From: Octopus vulgaris
Lineage: Eukaryota
NCBI GenBank assembly: GCA_951406725.2
Contig: OX597815.1
Location: 142,104,001-142,168,000 of the forward strand
Length of the DNA: 64,000 nucleotides
Direction of reading: 5' to 3'
Shown here: positions 26,160-38,712 of the stretch, piece by piece
How the letters are laid out: the number at the start of each line of letters is the position of its first letter
Numbering within the stretch: the first letter of the stretch is position 1
Translations under genes and position numbers: made by a program
The notes under the pieces: generated by a model
Seen by the model: only the letters and a program-made list of their open reading frames with translations
The model's database searches: none
Told to the model about the DNA's origin: nothing

Positions 26160-26510
26160 CCTGCTTTTTTTTGTTTCCCTCTACCAAATCCCCCCCCCAC
26201 AAGGATATAGCCATGCGACTATACTAGAAGACATTTTCCCAAGGTTCCATACAGCGTGATTGAACTTGGAGTAATGTGGTTGTGTTATGTCGTAATACTA
26301 CACAGTGGCTTGTTGTTTCACGAAATCCTCGTCGCCACTGTTATGTCGTACATTCGGATGCTTCTACTCTGTTCTGGTCTACTCTATTCTGACGACGTCT
26401 CGACTTCTCCCTCTACATCTACGTATTTAGCTAGTCTACTTCATCGTCTGGGGACGTCGACACAACAGGTTGGGAAGCAAGCTTCTTGATACACACCCAC
26501 GTGTGCCTAT
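26160..26510 (-). mobile_element. Degraded SINE family 1 head, split by a solo LTR
   Basis: CTACCAAATCC...GAAGACATTTTCCCAAGG...ATGTGGTTG resumes as GGTTGGGAAGCAAGCTTCTT after the insertion. Confidence 0.7.
26283..26467. mobile_element. Solo LTR (185 bp) with 5-bp target-site duplication GGTTG
   Basis: Inverted termini TGTTATGTCG...CGACACAACA (1 mismatch); GGTTG at 26278-26282 and 26468-26472. Confidence 0.8.
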
Positions 26511-27735
26511 TTATAACGCAACTTGGGCATGCAGCTCTCCACGTTTCTTTGTGTTACATGTTTTCCCCTATATGCATTGATCCATTCATTCTATGTTAGT
26601 AAAGCAACACTGTTATCAAGCCTTAGTACCAACTGAAGGTCAACTTCGTAATTAACTAATTTTGCGTTAGTATAAAATGCAGTCATGTCAGAATTCGAAA
26701 CCTAAATGATTTTGCTATCTGGAAACATCTTTGTCTACTCTGTATGTATATCAAATCATCATTAAAATGCTACGGTACACAGTACACATTGAACAGGAAA
26801 TACGTATATGTAAGTGTATCTCGATAGAAAATAAAAATTTAGAATATAAATACAGGGCCCACAATTTTGGCTTATTCATAATCGATTGCATAGTGACATT
26901 CTTAGATTTCATTTTAAAAAAGGAATAACACCTGATTGAGTTCTTTGTGTTTTTATATTCGTGGCATATGTTAAAGTAGAGTGTCTACTATCCTCTTACC
27001 TAGACACATTCACACACAGACAAATTTCTATTTTTAAGACATAGAGACCTAGAAGCATATACACACATACAATCATATAGATACACGTGTCTGCTTGTGT
27101 CTGCTTATACGTATGTTTGCGTGTATATGTGTGAGTATATATGTGTTAGTGTGTAGATCACTATGTGCGTTTATGTCCTAGTAGTAAGTGAGGGAGAAAG
27201 TGAATCTGTTCGAGTGTTTTCAATTTTGCCATTTCATTTCTTTTACAACAAGCTCTGCTGGAAAGGAAATTTTACATATTTGTTTACTTGATTTAATATC
27301 TGATGCAATATAACGTGAAACGTCTCTAATACGAGAACACCTGCTTTGAAAATGTTTTTTCTCAAACTTACTTTTTCCAGCAATATTACAATATTTGATT
27401 ACTTAAAAGGAACTAAAATTTCAATCCTTCACAATCAATATTGCAGATAGATTATAAACACCTACACAAACAATAAGGTATGTATATATGCATCTTAGGC
27501 TTCGATTATTGGAATTTTATTAATATGTGTAACTTTTACTGGAAAGTATTTTTTTTAAGCTGCGAGTGTTTTGCGATTATATGTGACACATTTTAATATC
27601 CTAAGCATTAGACTACATCGATTATTTAAAACCAGGAGATTTTATTTATAATAATGTATTTTGTAAGAATATATGTGTGTTCGTGTAATTACATATATAT
27701 ATTCAGAATCATATATTTCAGTATATGTTTTTATT

Positions 27736-27766
<31 letters not shown>

Positions 27767-27861
27767 TGACATACACACACGCACATATACAAACATACAA
27801 ACATATATCCATATATACATGCAATTATGCATACACACATATACACACTCTCACACACACG

Positions 27862-27916
<55 letters not shown>

Positions 27917-29514
27917 TCGTCTATACGATTCCTTCTATTTTTAATTTCCGGTTTGGCTAAGTTCTGATAACATGCCTCTTACGAATAAAGATATTTTACA
28001 ATTCTACGCAAAAAAAAGAAAGAGAGTAAAATTAATAAGCCTATGCACTCAGTCACTACAAAATTTAGTCTAATAAATTAGAAGACATATTCTATAGCTT
28101 TCGGCATATCACTATATCACTTATCTGATTATCTGATTACCACTCTTTCTAGACAGATATTCTCTCGCCTTTTATCTTCCACAATTCCACACAAACATGC
28201 GAGTGTGCATGCATGTTTGTATACATATGTAGACGTATACACACGTATATACATGCATATAATTATATATATACATATATATATATATGTGTGTATAATA
28301 CATATATATCTGTATATATATATATATACGTCTGTCTCCTCTATCCTCTATCATTAAATTCTTTTCTGTATCATTTTATATATATCACATGAATATATGC
28401 GTGCAGTTGTATATATATATATATATGTATGTATGTATATGTATGTATGTATGTATGTATATATGCGATCCCAAAAATATGGTATCAACCTATAGACCTA
28501 TAGAGAAGATTTATTCTTTTTTGCAATCTTATTAAGATACTTACTAATTTCCGAACGTTTCCTATTGCAGAGAAATATCTTCTAGCATTCCTGTAGACAT
28601 CAGTTCACCGTAAATGTTGACATGGAATTTTCCTCTTTGTACTTCTGTCTTTCATACATCATGAAAAACAATGTCTTTCTCGCTTGAAGCTTTAGTCTCT
28701 ATATTTTAGTTGTCAATATATGAATGGAAGTATCATAGATATTTGGAATGTTGAATCAATTGCTTCAGTCTATGTTTTCTTTATTCTTCACATTAATTTT
28801 CTCTCCGTTTTCAATAAACAATACTCTCACTGACACACAGATATATACACACATATACACGCATGCACGTACACACACACATACGCACACCTTTGTGTGT
28901 GCGCGTGTGTTTGTGCATGTGTGTGTGTAAGGTAATGGACAAAATTATTCATATTTTCGTTTTCAAAACTTTTATGAGTAAATTATCTGTCCTCTTTGAA
29001 TCTATTTCAATCTTTTTCAAATTATTTTTCTTTCCGCAGAAATTCTGTCATTATTATAAGTGTGATACTACTTCCAGTCTTAATGCCTTTCCAAAACTAC
29101 CTTCTCAATCGATCACCTTCATATATTTGCGTTTGATTATTTGCACTTTTTAAGAATTACACACATACACTTATAATGATTCTATTTACATTTTTTCACA
29201 CACCTTCTTTGGTACAGATCTATTGCGTTTTTTTTTTATTTATTTTATTTTTCGACTACCTACATATCCATCTCCATCCTTCTCTCTGTCTTCCCCTGTT
29301 ATTATATATATCTGCATGTATATGTGTATATATGTATGTGTGTGTATGTATGTATACATGTATATAACTAAACTAACTCGAGGTAAAGCTCTAGATTATA
29401 AGAAAAGTATTCTAATTGATACAGATTTATACCAATAGATATAACTAAAAGTGCATTATAAAGTGTTTCACTATAAATGTATCAAAATAATCTAACACAA
29501 TTATTGGTTTCATA

Positions 29515-29720
29515 TTTTGGACAAGGGCCAGAAATTTTGGGGGAGGGGATAAATTGATTACATCGACTCTAGTGATCAGCTGATACACATTTTATCGACC
29601 TCGAAAGATGAAGGCAAAGCCGATAACAGCGGCGTTTGACCTCAGAGGGTAAGTCGGAAGAAATCCCGCTACACATTTTTCGTGACTCGGTAACGGTTTT
29701 CCTAGCTCGCCGTCTTAATC
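29515..29720 (-). mobile_element. SINE family 2 (Nin/Deu-like domain), degraded
   Basis: TTTATCGACCTCGAAAGATGAAGGCAAAG. Confidence 0.65.
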
Positions 29721-29939
29721 TAAAACAAATATTAGAAGAAGAATATGTATATTTTGGAATATACAACTATTCAACAAAGATGTCACCCATTATATTATCA
29801 TTTGAAATGAAGACGACCTAAACAAACAGGCACGGAACAATACATAAAATTTCATTACATTGGAGCAGTAGTAAAATATTGTAAAGCGGTGCAAGGAACA
29901 CGAATACATCTAAAATTCAATAAAACGTCATATATAAAT

Positions 29940-30120
29940 ATAGGGAGAGTTTACGAAAAAAAAAGACGAAGACAGGTGGTGTACAAAACAAACAGATGTA
30001 TCAGTATAACGCTCAGGAATAGAAAAAGTCTTTTACGTTTCGAGCCTACGCTCTTCTACAGAAAGGGACACAGAAAAACAAGGAGAGAAAAAATGTGTGT
30101 AGTGGCTAACGATCTATCAT
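29940..30120 (-). mobile_element. PLE pseudo-LTR fragment with variant hammerhead at 30030-30065
   Basis: Minus strand CTTT-CTGTAGA-A-GAGC(GTAG)GCTC-GAAA-CG-TA-AAAG; second copy at 1781-1900. Confidence 0.65.
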
Positions 30121-31186
30121 GATAGATAACGATCTATCGTGATATATTATATAAATATATATAAATATAGATTCAAATTTACACGCGTATTCTCAATACA
30201 TTTAAATGGAAAAATGCAAAAAATCCAGCAGCATATTTCCATAGAATTTATATCCCTAAATAGCTTAATATAACATAAACATTTACATTTCCCCGCTTCT
30301 TCGACATTTTCAGAGCTCTTAACGGAAACATCCTAACTAATGATTCTTGCATATACAAATGTGACATAACTATATCAGATGGTATTGAAATATTATGATC
30401 AGGTTTGACAGACTGTATATTTCAGGACTCTGTATAAGCAACTTATTCATTCATTCAAATTCAGAAACAAAGTTATCACCAAACTAATAGCACAATGATT
30501 ATTTGAAAAAGTAAAGCCAATGATTTCTTACTGTAAATTGGAAGTTTCCAAGAAAGACAATGAACGAAAACAATGTGTCAGGAGATGTAATTTTAAAATA
30601 AAATAGATAAATTACTCAGATGAATTAGTCACGGTGCACGAAAAAATAATTGCGAGCTTCACTTTTTAAATATATCCCATTTTGTAAGCAGTTTGGAAGA
30701 TCTCCAAATTGTTCATCGTATAAACAATAAGGACTGATTTGTCCTAGATCTGTAAACAGAAAATGCTCCGATGGAAATTGCTGAGTGTAGATTTCTGAAT
30801 ATCTCAAAGAAGCTTAAATACAGAAGATGGTGCTTCTATATAAAGAAGTGTTTTAGAGTAGTAATAAAGCATTTATACATTGTTTTCCTTAGGCACTTCT
30901 TGTATATTGGAGACACTGATTTATTTCTACAGTTACACAAAGTAACATCAAGGCAATTATTGTTAAGCATATTGGGTCCTGCAAGAATATGTATGGTATC
31001 TCCATAAATAAACTTACATGTAAATTTACATTTACGGTTTCGTTCTCATTTGAAGATCTAATTGCATTGTTATCACAAGCGAGTCAATATGGAAAAATAA
31101 ATATCTCTCCATCTCTTACATCTGAATTCATACACATTTATATTTATATATTTATATATATATGTGTGTGCGTGTGTGTGTGTGTA

Positions 31187-31219
<33 letters not shown>

Positions 31220-31434
31220 ATATATAAACATATATACAGAGTGTTTGAAGTGTTATACAAATATTGTGAATTGAGAAAATTGAGGCAGTCAGAATTTTAG
31301 ATAATTCTTTATCAGCGCTTTCTTTCGCTTAATCTCACTCATATATATATATATATATGTATGTATATGTATGTATATGTACAGAGAGAGAGAGAGATTC
31401 AGATGAATATGGTACTTAAGAATATCGAGAGGTA

Positions 31435-31523
31435 ATGCGGTACGATCGTTTCATGTAACTCCATTTATTTGGAGAATGCAATCATTACATCAACTTAAAA
31501 TGTAGAACAATCTTCAGCTGCAC
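31435..31523 (-). ncRNA. Type I hammerhead with long stem II (in pLTR-like sequence ~31400-31920)
   Basis: Minus strand GTGCAG-CTGAAGA-[long stem II including CTCCA/TGGAG and ATGTAA/TTACAT]-GAAA-CGATCG-TA-CCGCAT. Confidence 0.7.
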
Positions 31524-31984
31524 AGAGTCATAGAATTTAATTAAATTAGAAGAGATAATTATACCTAACATCTCAAAGAAGTTAAGGAGATAGACAAATA
31601 ACATGTACCTACAACAGTAGAGTCGTAACTAAACTTTTCAAGGAGACACTGCCTGTCACTTACTCTTTTATGGGGTCAGTTTTAAATTATAGACTAGTTT
31701 ATCAAACCCCTTGTATATTTAAGGCTGAGAGAAACAGAGGGCAGTATTTGTTTGGGGGTAAGGCCTGGGAGAGTAGACAGATATTTTAGAATACATTTGG
31801 GTATACATCAAACTCTGTTGTGGTAAATTTTCATATACCCAAAAGTATTCATAAATTCCTATCCTTTTGTTACAATATTCTTCTTCATAATCTTTTGAAT
31901 AACCCTAAACTTCTACTGTATACAATATAGCAACATTGTTTTAAAGTACTTAACTATAATAACTATAATACTACATGATAAAAG

Positions 31985-34750
31985 ACCTTTCTATGTTTCA
32001 TCGCAGCGTACATATTGAAAATAGGCAGCGAATTTACTTCACAGAAGATAACCTCGTACAGTAAGCAGCTGCCCCACCTAAGATCACTCTCACTGCCTTC
32101 TTTCACCTTTGCAAAGTCGACTTCTTCACAAATTCTATATTGTAGGCTGAAGTGCCACATTATTATATATGGGATCAGTCACCTACCCAGTGGTAACGAT
32201 GAAACCAAGACCGGTCTACGCAGTTGGATCCAGCCGTGTACAAAGGGTTCTCAGTTCACCCTTTAAAATCCGAATGCTTTCAGCTGTGGCTCTTACTTCA
32301 TGTCATTAAACGACCGACCTCCTTCGACGACTTTCTCACAGTGGACGGCCACTAATGCGGCACTTTCAAAGATACCTGGTCTAAACGAGGTCATATCGAT
32401 ACAGATGATCTATAAGATAATGTACTCGAAAAGGCCTCTCTGTGTCGTTCACCGAACAAGCACCAACACCTTTTTCGTAATAATGCTCGTTTTTTGCAAT
32501 CTGACAGATGCACAATCACTTTGGAATAAATACAAAGACTCAATGTGCCATGGAATTTTGCAACAGACTCGCCAAATCACAGTTAGCGTTGACACTCCCA
32601 CTACCCTTGCCACTTACAACAGAGGGCTTCTTCTCCTGGAAAACTTAGTTATAGCAATTGGAGGACAACGATTGGACGCTTATTCGTTCAACTCTCCAGG
32701 CAAAAATTAAGACGCATGTCCCAATCACGTCATTCTCAGTCAAACATCCTACAACATCCATAAACTGAAACAGTACATTGCTGACAACGATTTCCTTCTG
32801 AATTTCGATTACACTCACGTATAGAATTTTGCCGTCGGAAACATATACTTACACAATGGCAGAATCATCTTAGACGCACTCGGTGGGATTGGAAGAACAT
32901 TCTTCCTGGATATTCTTCTTGCGAAATTGCGATATAATAGTAACCTTGCTGTTGACTCCTCAAGAAGAGTCTTGACTCTCATCGATGGCAGACGAACAGC
33001 ATACTCTATATTAAAGTTGTATTTTAATGTAGCACAACAAGAAACCCAAAGTACCACATAATGCATTCCTCGGACGAAGCAATAATTTTGAAAAAGTGCA
33101 AACTCATTGCTGGTGATGAAGCGACTTTGTACTATAAATATTTCCTATAACCACTTGACATCACAATGAGACACCGTTATTCGAGCAACAAAATCCTACG
33201 AGATGCGACTCTACTTCTTGCAGATTTTCAATAAACTCGGCCTATGTATTTCCCTGTCTACTATACCGAAAGGAACACCCACTGAGGAACTTAATGCCTG
33301 CTTTAAAAAGTTCCTCCTTTGGTCGCATGTGAAATCGAAACAACTTATCATCAACATGAGCTCACTCCTACAGACTAGTCAACCTACAACCTAGTTTTTA
33401 GAAATGCTCTTTCAAATCGACAATGGACAAATTAAGTCCACCGACAACAGATACGTTGACACAGCCGCCATTAGCCACACTGTCTGAAGCCCTGATAACT
33501 TATGTTCTGCTGTTTACTCAAATCTTACAACGGAATACATAAAATCTGATTGGCTTCGCGACAGTACTGTTCTTGCACCTACAAATGCATCTGTCACCAT
33601 TCTTAACAACAACTTAATCAGTCGGCTACCTTCCCAAGAACGTTGTTAGAGATAAGTTGACACCGTTATCGACCTCGGTCAGTTTACACACTTTCCAACA
33701 TAATTGCTCAACTCCCAAGATCCCCCCAGGACTCCATCCCCACGAACATCATTTAAACGTTGGTTGACCTGTCATCCTCCTAAGTAATTTAAACGCAGTC
33801 TCACTATGCAATGGAATTCGCCTTATGGTCAAACAAATGATGGATGACGTCAATGAAGCCCGAATTATAACGGGCCACGGCAAAAACGATACCGTTTTCA
33901 GTCCGAAAATACTGCTAAGTCCCAACAGACTGTTCCTACCCTATGCAGAGACTTCGGTTCCTTCTCAAATTCAGCTTCACCATGACAATTAATAAAGCAC
34001 ATGTTCACACTTTGAAAGTTGTCAGATTGGACCTTCGAACATCGTGCTTTTCACATGGACAGTTCGACGTCGGTTGTTCCAGAGTTGACCATCCATACAA
34101 CATACTCATCTATGCTCCTTGAAGGGAAAAACTAATATGCCGTCTACAAAGCCACTCTACGGTAGTTGTTCCTCTACTGCAATCTTCACATATACGCCAA
34201 ACAGTAGCTGTTATTAACCAGACTTCCTGCAAGCATTTCATTTCTACTTTGCCCCATTTCCCAGATTGCTTTTAACAGTACATTACCTTCAATGATCCTT
34301 CTTACTTCACGCTGTTCGCTCACAAGCATGTTCTGACATTTATTTTTGTATATATCATTATTTTATTTGTGTATTTGTTATAAATTTGTGTATTTGTTTG
34401 CTTTTCTTTATCATACATGACGTTTAAATAAAAAAAAATCTTCAATGCGGTTGTGTCAGGCATTACGAGAAAAATAGGTGCATGATACAAAACGCTTCAA
34501 GTAAGATATAGGATCCCTAATGCCTACTGAAATTTCGATCTCATTTCATAGACGTTTATTTATTACTAACTGCCAAATCTGTATTCAAAATATTTATTCA
34601 TTACTTACGTTACTTAATTCCATAACATAAAATGATAACGAAAATGGTAATTATAAATTTTACCCTTATCAGCTTGAAGCGATTTCTAACTGCGAGCTAA
34701 TTTAACTTAATAATAAATTACAACGCCCAAAGGACGGGTGCATCAGCTAT
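31985..34750 (+). mobile_element. Helitron remnant: degenerate RepHel PIF1-like helicase region plus 3' end
   Basis: VHIENRQRIYF; LLLHVIKRPTSFDDFLTVDG; LDALGGIGRTF (Walker A); AGDEA (Walker B); LAPTN; LCNGIRL; FTMTINKAH; FSHGQFDVGCSRV. Subterminal hairpin GCCC..GGGT at 34725-34739 is followed by CTAT (CTAG-like) at 34747-34750. Confidence 0.92.
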
Positions 34751-35187
34751 TATTATAATATAACTGTTTAAATTTTTAACTATCCGTCTAATAATACCAG
34801 AAGTGAAATAGAATCAGTGTTTCTTTATTTATTAACATATTCTCCCACGATACAACAAATTACAATTTAACAGGCTTTCTCATCAACAATCTTGCAAATC
34901 GAAAACAAAAGAATATATGCATATACATATTTTACTATTAATAACCGCGTCGCAGTACCCAATACAAAGGCTGATCAAATATCATCGGAACTGGTGCTAT
35001 GTTAACGGAGCTAAAACACGCAGAGTTCAGGTTGACTTTGAACTCTGTGGTATACGTATACTTCAGAATGAAGCGTTAGTCGTGCACAGGGAGAGATAAT
35101 AATTAAATATAAATGGCAAATGAACAAGAAATTATAACATAATTGTAGTTCATTTGCCATATATATATATATATATATATGCATAGG

Positions 35188-35237
<50 letters not shown>

Positions 35238-36572
35238 TATGTGCGTGTGCGTTTGTGCGTTTTATAGTAACACAAGTTTATATGCGTTACTTGATTTATA
35301 CCACACGGCAGTATAGGTCAAAAAGAAGTATTTGGATATATAACAGTGTTGCAAATCATATCAATCGTACGCAATATCATCAATTTAGAGTTAATTGTAC
35401 CTCAGCTGTCTCAATTGTTTGATTCTATTAATTTTGGGGGTCTTCTTCACAAACACATAATTAGTCAGTAATAGTCAGTAATTAGTCAGTAATACAGTAA
35501 TAGTACGTTATTGAGTAGGATATAAACATTGTTTATAAATATTCAACTTCGTATGTTTATTTCTGCTAATGTTATTTTCTTTATTTTTTGGGGGTTTTTT
35601 TGTGGGTGTAGATTTTTACTTTCACAATATCCTTTGTAGAATATCCTTTTCACTAAATAATTTCAGTAGACTTGTGCAGCGTATATCTAACAACATTTTA
35701 GATGAAAGAAAATTGACAGCCTTATATTTATATATTATTTGCAGTTAATGTGAGGATTTAGTTTGTGTATGTTTGTGTACATGTGTATGCTTAATTTCCT
35801 TTGTCAGTATTGAATTGTAGTTAAAGGAGAGTGAAAAGCTAATTTGAATTAAAGATAAATGTAAAATCTAATTACAGTATTAATCACGTATATTAACAAT
35901 TCTAATGTTTAAATCAGTACTGAGAAAAATACGTCAGTTTTCATTTCTATTCGGAAAAGATCTGAAAGAAATGACTGACAAATTTCGAATGGAACAAAGT
36001 GACATTAGATTTCTGATATAGCGACACAGACCTCTGTAAAGCAAACTCTTGTTAGCATCATAAAAAATAAGCTTACATCGCGAATAAATGACTGAATTTT
36101 GGTGCTATCGACCGATACTAGAATCACAATGACTCCTTCATGCAAGGGACTACGGTTTTGTATCTACGATTTCTACTTCGTTTTTTTTATGTCACACGAG
36201 AACACAAACAGCAACTGTAATTTACAATGCTCTCTATGTCAGTAAATTTGTGTCTGCCGTAAGTCTACAGGCCATAAAGCGAGCTCCGTAACATAGCGGG
36301 AAGACTTTTCTATGGCTATTGAACCAACTGAGAATTCTTCACCCGATCATCCTCATCAATTTAGAAAATGTGATAGTTCACGTTGAATAATTTACTGTAG
36401 GATATACTATGTCTCATACCAATCAGGGTATCGTAACGCTTTAAATGATCTTCGCGATAAGTGTGCTAAATCTCTCTGGACAACAGTTCTATATGTAAGA
36501 GATGACGAATTATGTACACTATTTACATTATTTACACTTCACGGATATTTGTCCTCATCTTGATTGTTGTTT

Positions 36573-36616
36573 ACACAAGTTTTCGGCTGATATACTCTCC
36601 AGCCATCATCAGGTGT
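36573..36616 (-). ncRNA. Hammerhead motif (family C), inverted copy
   Basis: Minus strand ACAC-CTGATGA-T-GGCTG..CAGCC-GAAA-AC-TT-GTGT. Confidence 0.65.
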
Positions 36617-37245
36617 CTTGGAGAAATTTTTAACCTGGGTTCTCATTCCTAAGGTAATTTTCGATGTTATTGTTATTGTTGTTGTTGATGTTGTTGTTAT
36701 TCAGGTCACTGCCTGGAATCGAACTCGGAAACGTATGAAGAAAAGGGAGGATGAAGTCAATAAACTGTCTACAGTTTGTCTATCGTATGTGAAAGACCTC
36801 TCCGGAAAGTTACAAAAGATATGCGGCCTATGTAACATCAGGACAGCATTCAAGATTAATACAATACTTCGCAAATATCTCCTTCTGGTAAAACCAACAA
36901 TAGAAGAGAATATGACCAGAAAACTGCGTGTACTCCATCCTATGAAGCTGTGGTAGGTTATACAAAGGCGAAACATGCCGCTCCCTCAAAATAAGGATAG
37001 AGGAACATCGCAAAGCTGTGACACAAGGAGATATTGATAAATCGAGTATAGCTGATCGTGTCTATTATTTTAACGTCACCTCACATGAAAATACGAAAAC
37101 TAAAAGTAGCAGCATATATGCTAGGACATAGCAACATCCTAAGCACATCGAGTGCAGATATGAATAGCATATGGGAACCGGTATTAAGGAAGGGTAGGAA
37201 AATATTAGATTTATGATCCCTAAAATTCACTCCATAATTGCCCAT

Positions 37246-37320
37246 GGGCATATGGCGTAGTGGTTTAGAGCGGGGGCTACTAACTCCAAGTTTCCGAGTG
37301 CTATTTCAGGCAGTGACCTG
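37246..37320 (+). promoter_or_regulatory. tRNA-like segment (Pol III A/B boxes) inside the PLE 3' pLTR
   Basis: A box in GGGCATATGGCGTAGTGGTTTAGAGC. The B box is degenerate here but intact in the inverted copy (GGAATCGAACTC at ~36715 reads GAGTTCGATTCC on the minus strand). Confidence 0.65.
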
Positions 37321-37322
37321 AA

Positions 37323-37356
<34 letters not shown>

Positions 37357-37405
37357 ATCAAAAAATACCTTAGGAATGTGAAACCAAGTTCGAAATTTCC
37401 CCAAG

Positions 37406-37449
37406 ACACCTGATGAAGGCTGGAGAGTATATCAGCGGAAATGTTGTGT
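37406..37449 (+). ncRNA. Hammerhead motif (family C)
   Basis: ACAC-CTGATGA-A-GGCTG..CAGCG-GAAA-TG-TT-GTGT. Confidence 0.68.
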
Positions 37450-37769
37450 TAACAACAAACAGGAGAGGACATGTAAATAATGTACTGTCTGGACAAGTAT
37501 ATAACGACATATAAATACGACAACCTTCATGCCAGAGGTGAACTAGCAACACTTAAGAATAAAATTTCCATCTCATAACCATATGCAACATGTGTGTATA
37601 TTTCTGAATATGTTCGGGAACTGGCATGCAATTGTTATATTCGTTTCTTCTTTGATATACTCGTGTACAATTGAAATATTCGTTTCTTCTTTGATCTGAC
37701 TGCTTCACTCATGATACAAATGGAAAATGCTTCTCGAAGCACACTACACGGTTAAAGAATTATTAACTG

Positions 37770-37910
37770 AGAGGTTCGGTGAAACAGACCGATAGAATAA
37801 GTACTGGGCTTATAAAGAATTAGTCCTGGAAAGAATTTGTTTGATTGAAGGCGATGTTCCAGCATGGCCGCAGTGAAATGACAGAAACAAGTAAAAGAAT
37901 AAAAGAGTAA
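37770..37910 (+). mobile_element. SINE family 1 3' fragment (others at 2660-2710, 48390-48555, 62405-62595; 5' fragments at 49975-50090 and 54330-54480)
   Basis: GACCGATAGAATAAGTACTGGGCTT...CCAGCATGGCCGCAG...GAAACAAGTAAAAGAATA. Confidence 0.75.
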
Positions 37911-38099
37911 AGCACGAGCAAAATAATGTTTAAAATGATGTGTGTGGATGTTTGTGTTTGCGTGCGTATGTTTGTGTGTATGACATTTTTCCTGTAATTG
38001 AACAGCTTTACGGCAAATAGTCTTTCACTCTAGGTATACAATGTCGTTCTTATGGGAAGACTCCCTGCCCTCCACAACGTCTAGTGATGAATTCAATAT

Positions 38100-38712
38100 T
38101 CTTTTCTATTCTAGGCACAAGGCCCGAGATTTTCGGGGAGGGGGCCAGTCAATTAGATGAATCCCAGTACGCAACATGTACTTAATTTATCGACCTCGAA
38201 AGGATGAAAGGCAAAGTCAACCTCGGTGGAATTTTAACTGAGAACGTAAAGACAGACGAAATACCGATAAGCATTTCGCCCGGCGTGCTAACGTTTCTTA
38301 TTTCTTTACTACCCACAAGGGGCTACACACAGAGGGCACAAGCAAGGACAGACAAACAGATTAAGTCGATTATATCGACTCCAGTGCGTAACTGGTACTT
38401 ATTTAATCGACCCCGATAGGATGAATGGCGAAGTCGACCTCGGTGGAATTTTAACTCAGAACGTAGCTGCAGACGAAATAACTATTTCTTTACTACCTAC
38501 AAGGGGCTAAACACACCGAGAACAAACAAGGACAAACGGATTAAGTCGATTATATCGACCCCAGTGCGTAACTGGTACTTATTTAATCGACCCCGAAAGG
38601 ATGAAAGGCAAAGTCGACCTCGGCGGGATTTGAACTCAGAACGTAACAGCAGACGAAACACCGCTAAGCATTTCACCCAGCATGCTAACGTTTCTGCCAG
38701 CTTGCCGCCTTT
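38100..38712 (-). mobile_element. Tandem/nested cluster of three SINE family 2 units (Nin/Deu-like domain)
   Basis: Three copies of TCGACC(C/T)CGA(A/T)AGGATGAA(A/T)GGC(A/G)AAGTC; tRNA-like head AAGCTGGCAGAAACGTTAGCA on the minus strand at ~38700. Confidence 0.85.

Larger units (their letters stand above)
36523..37485 (+). mobile_element. Penelope-like element remnant: GIY-YIG endonuclease between inverted pLTRs (36523-36730 / 37292-37485)
   Basis: LSYVKDLSGKLQKIC..NIRTAFK; after frameshifts CVYSI...CGRLYKGET.RSLKIRIEEH. Flanks are mutually inverted and each carries a hammerhead. Confidence 0.88.
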
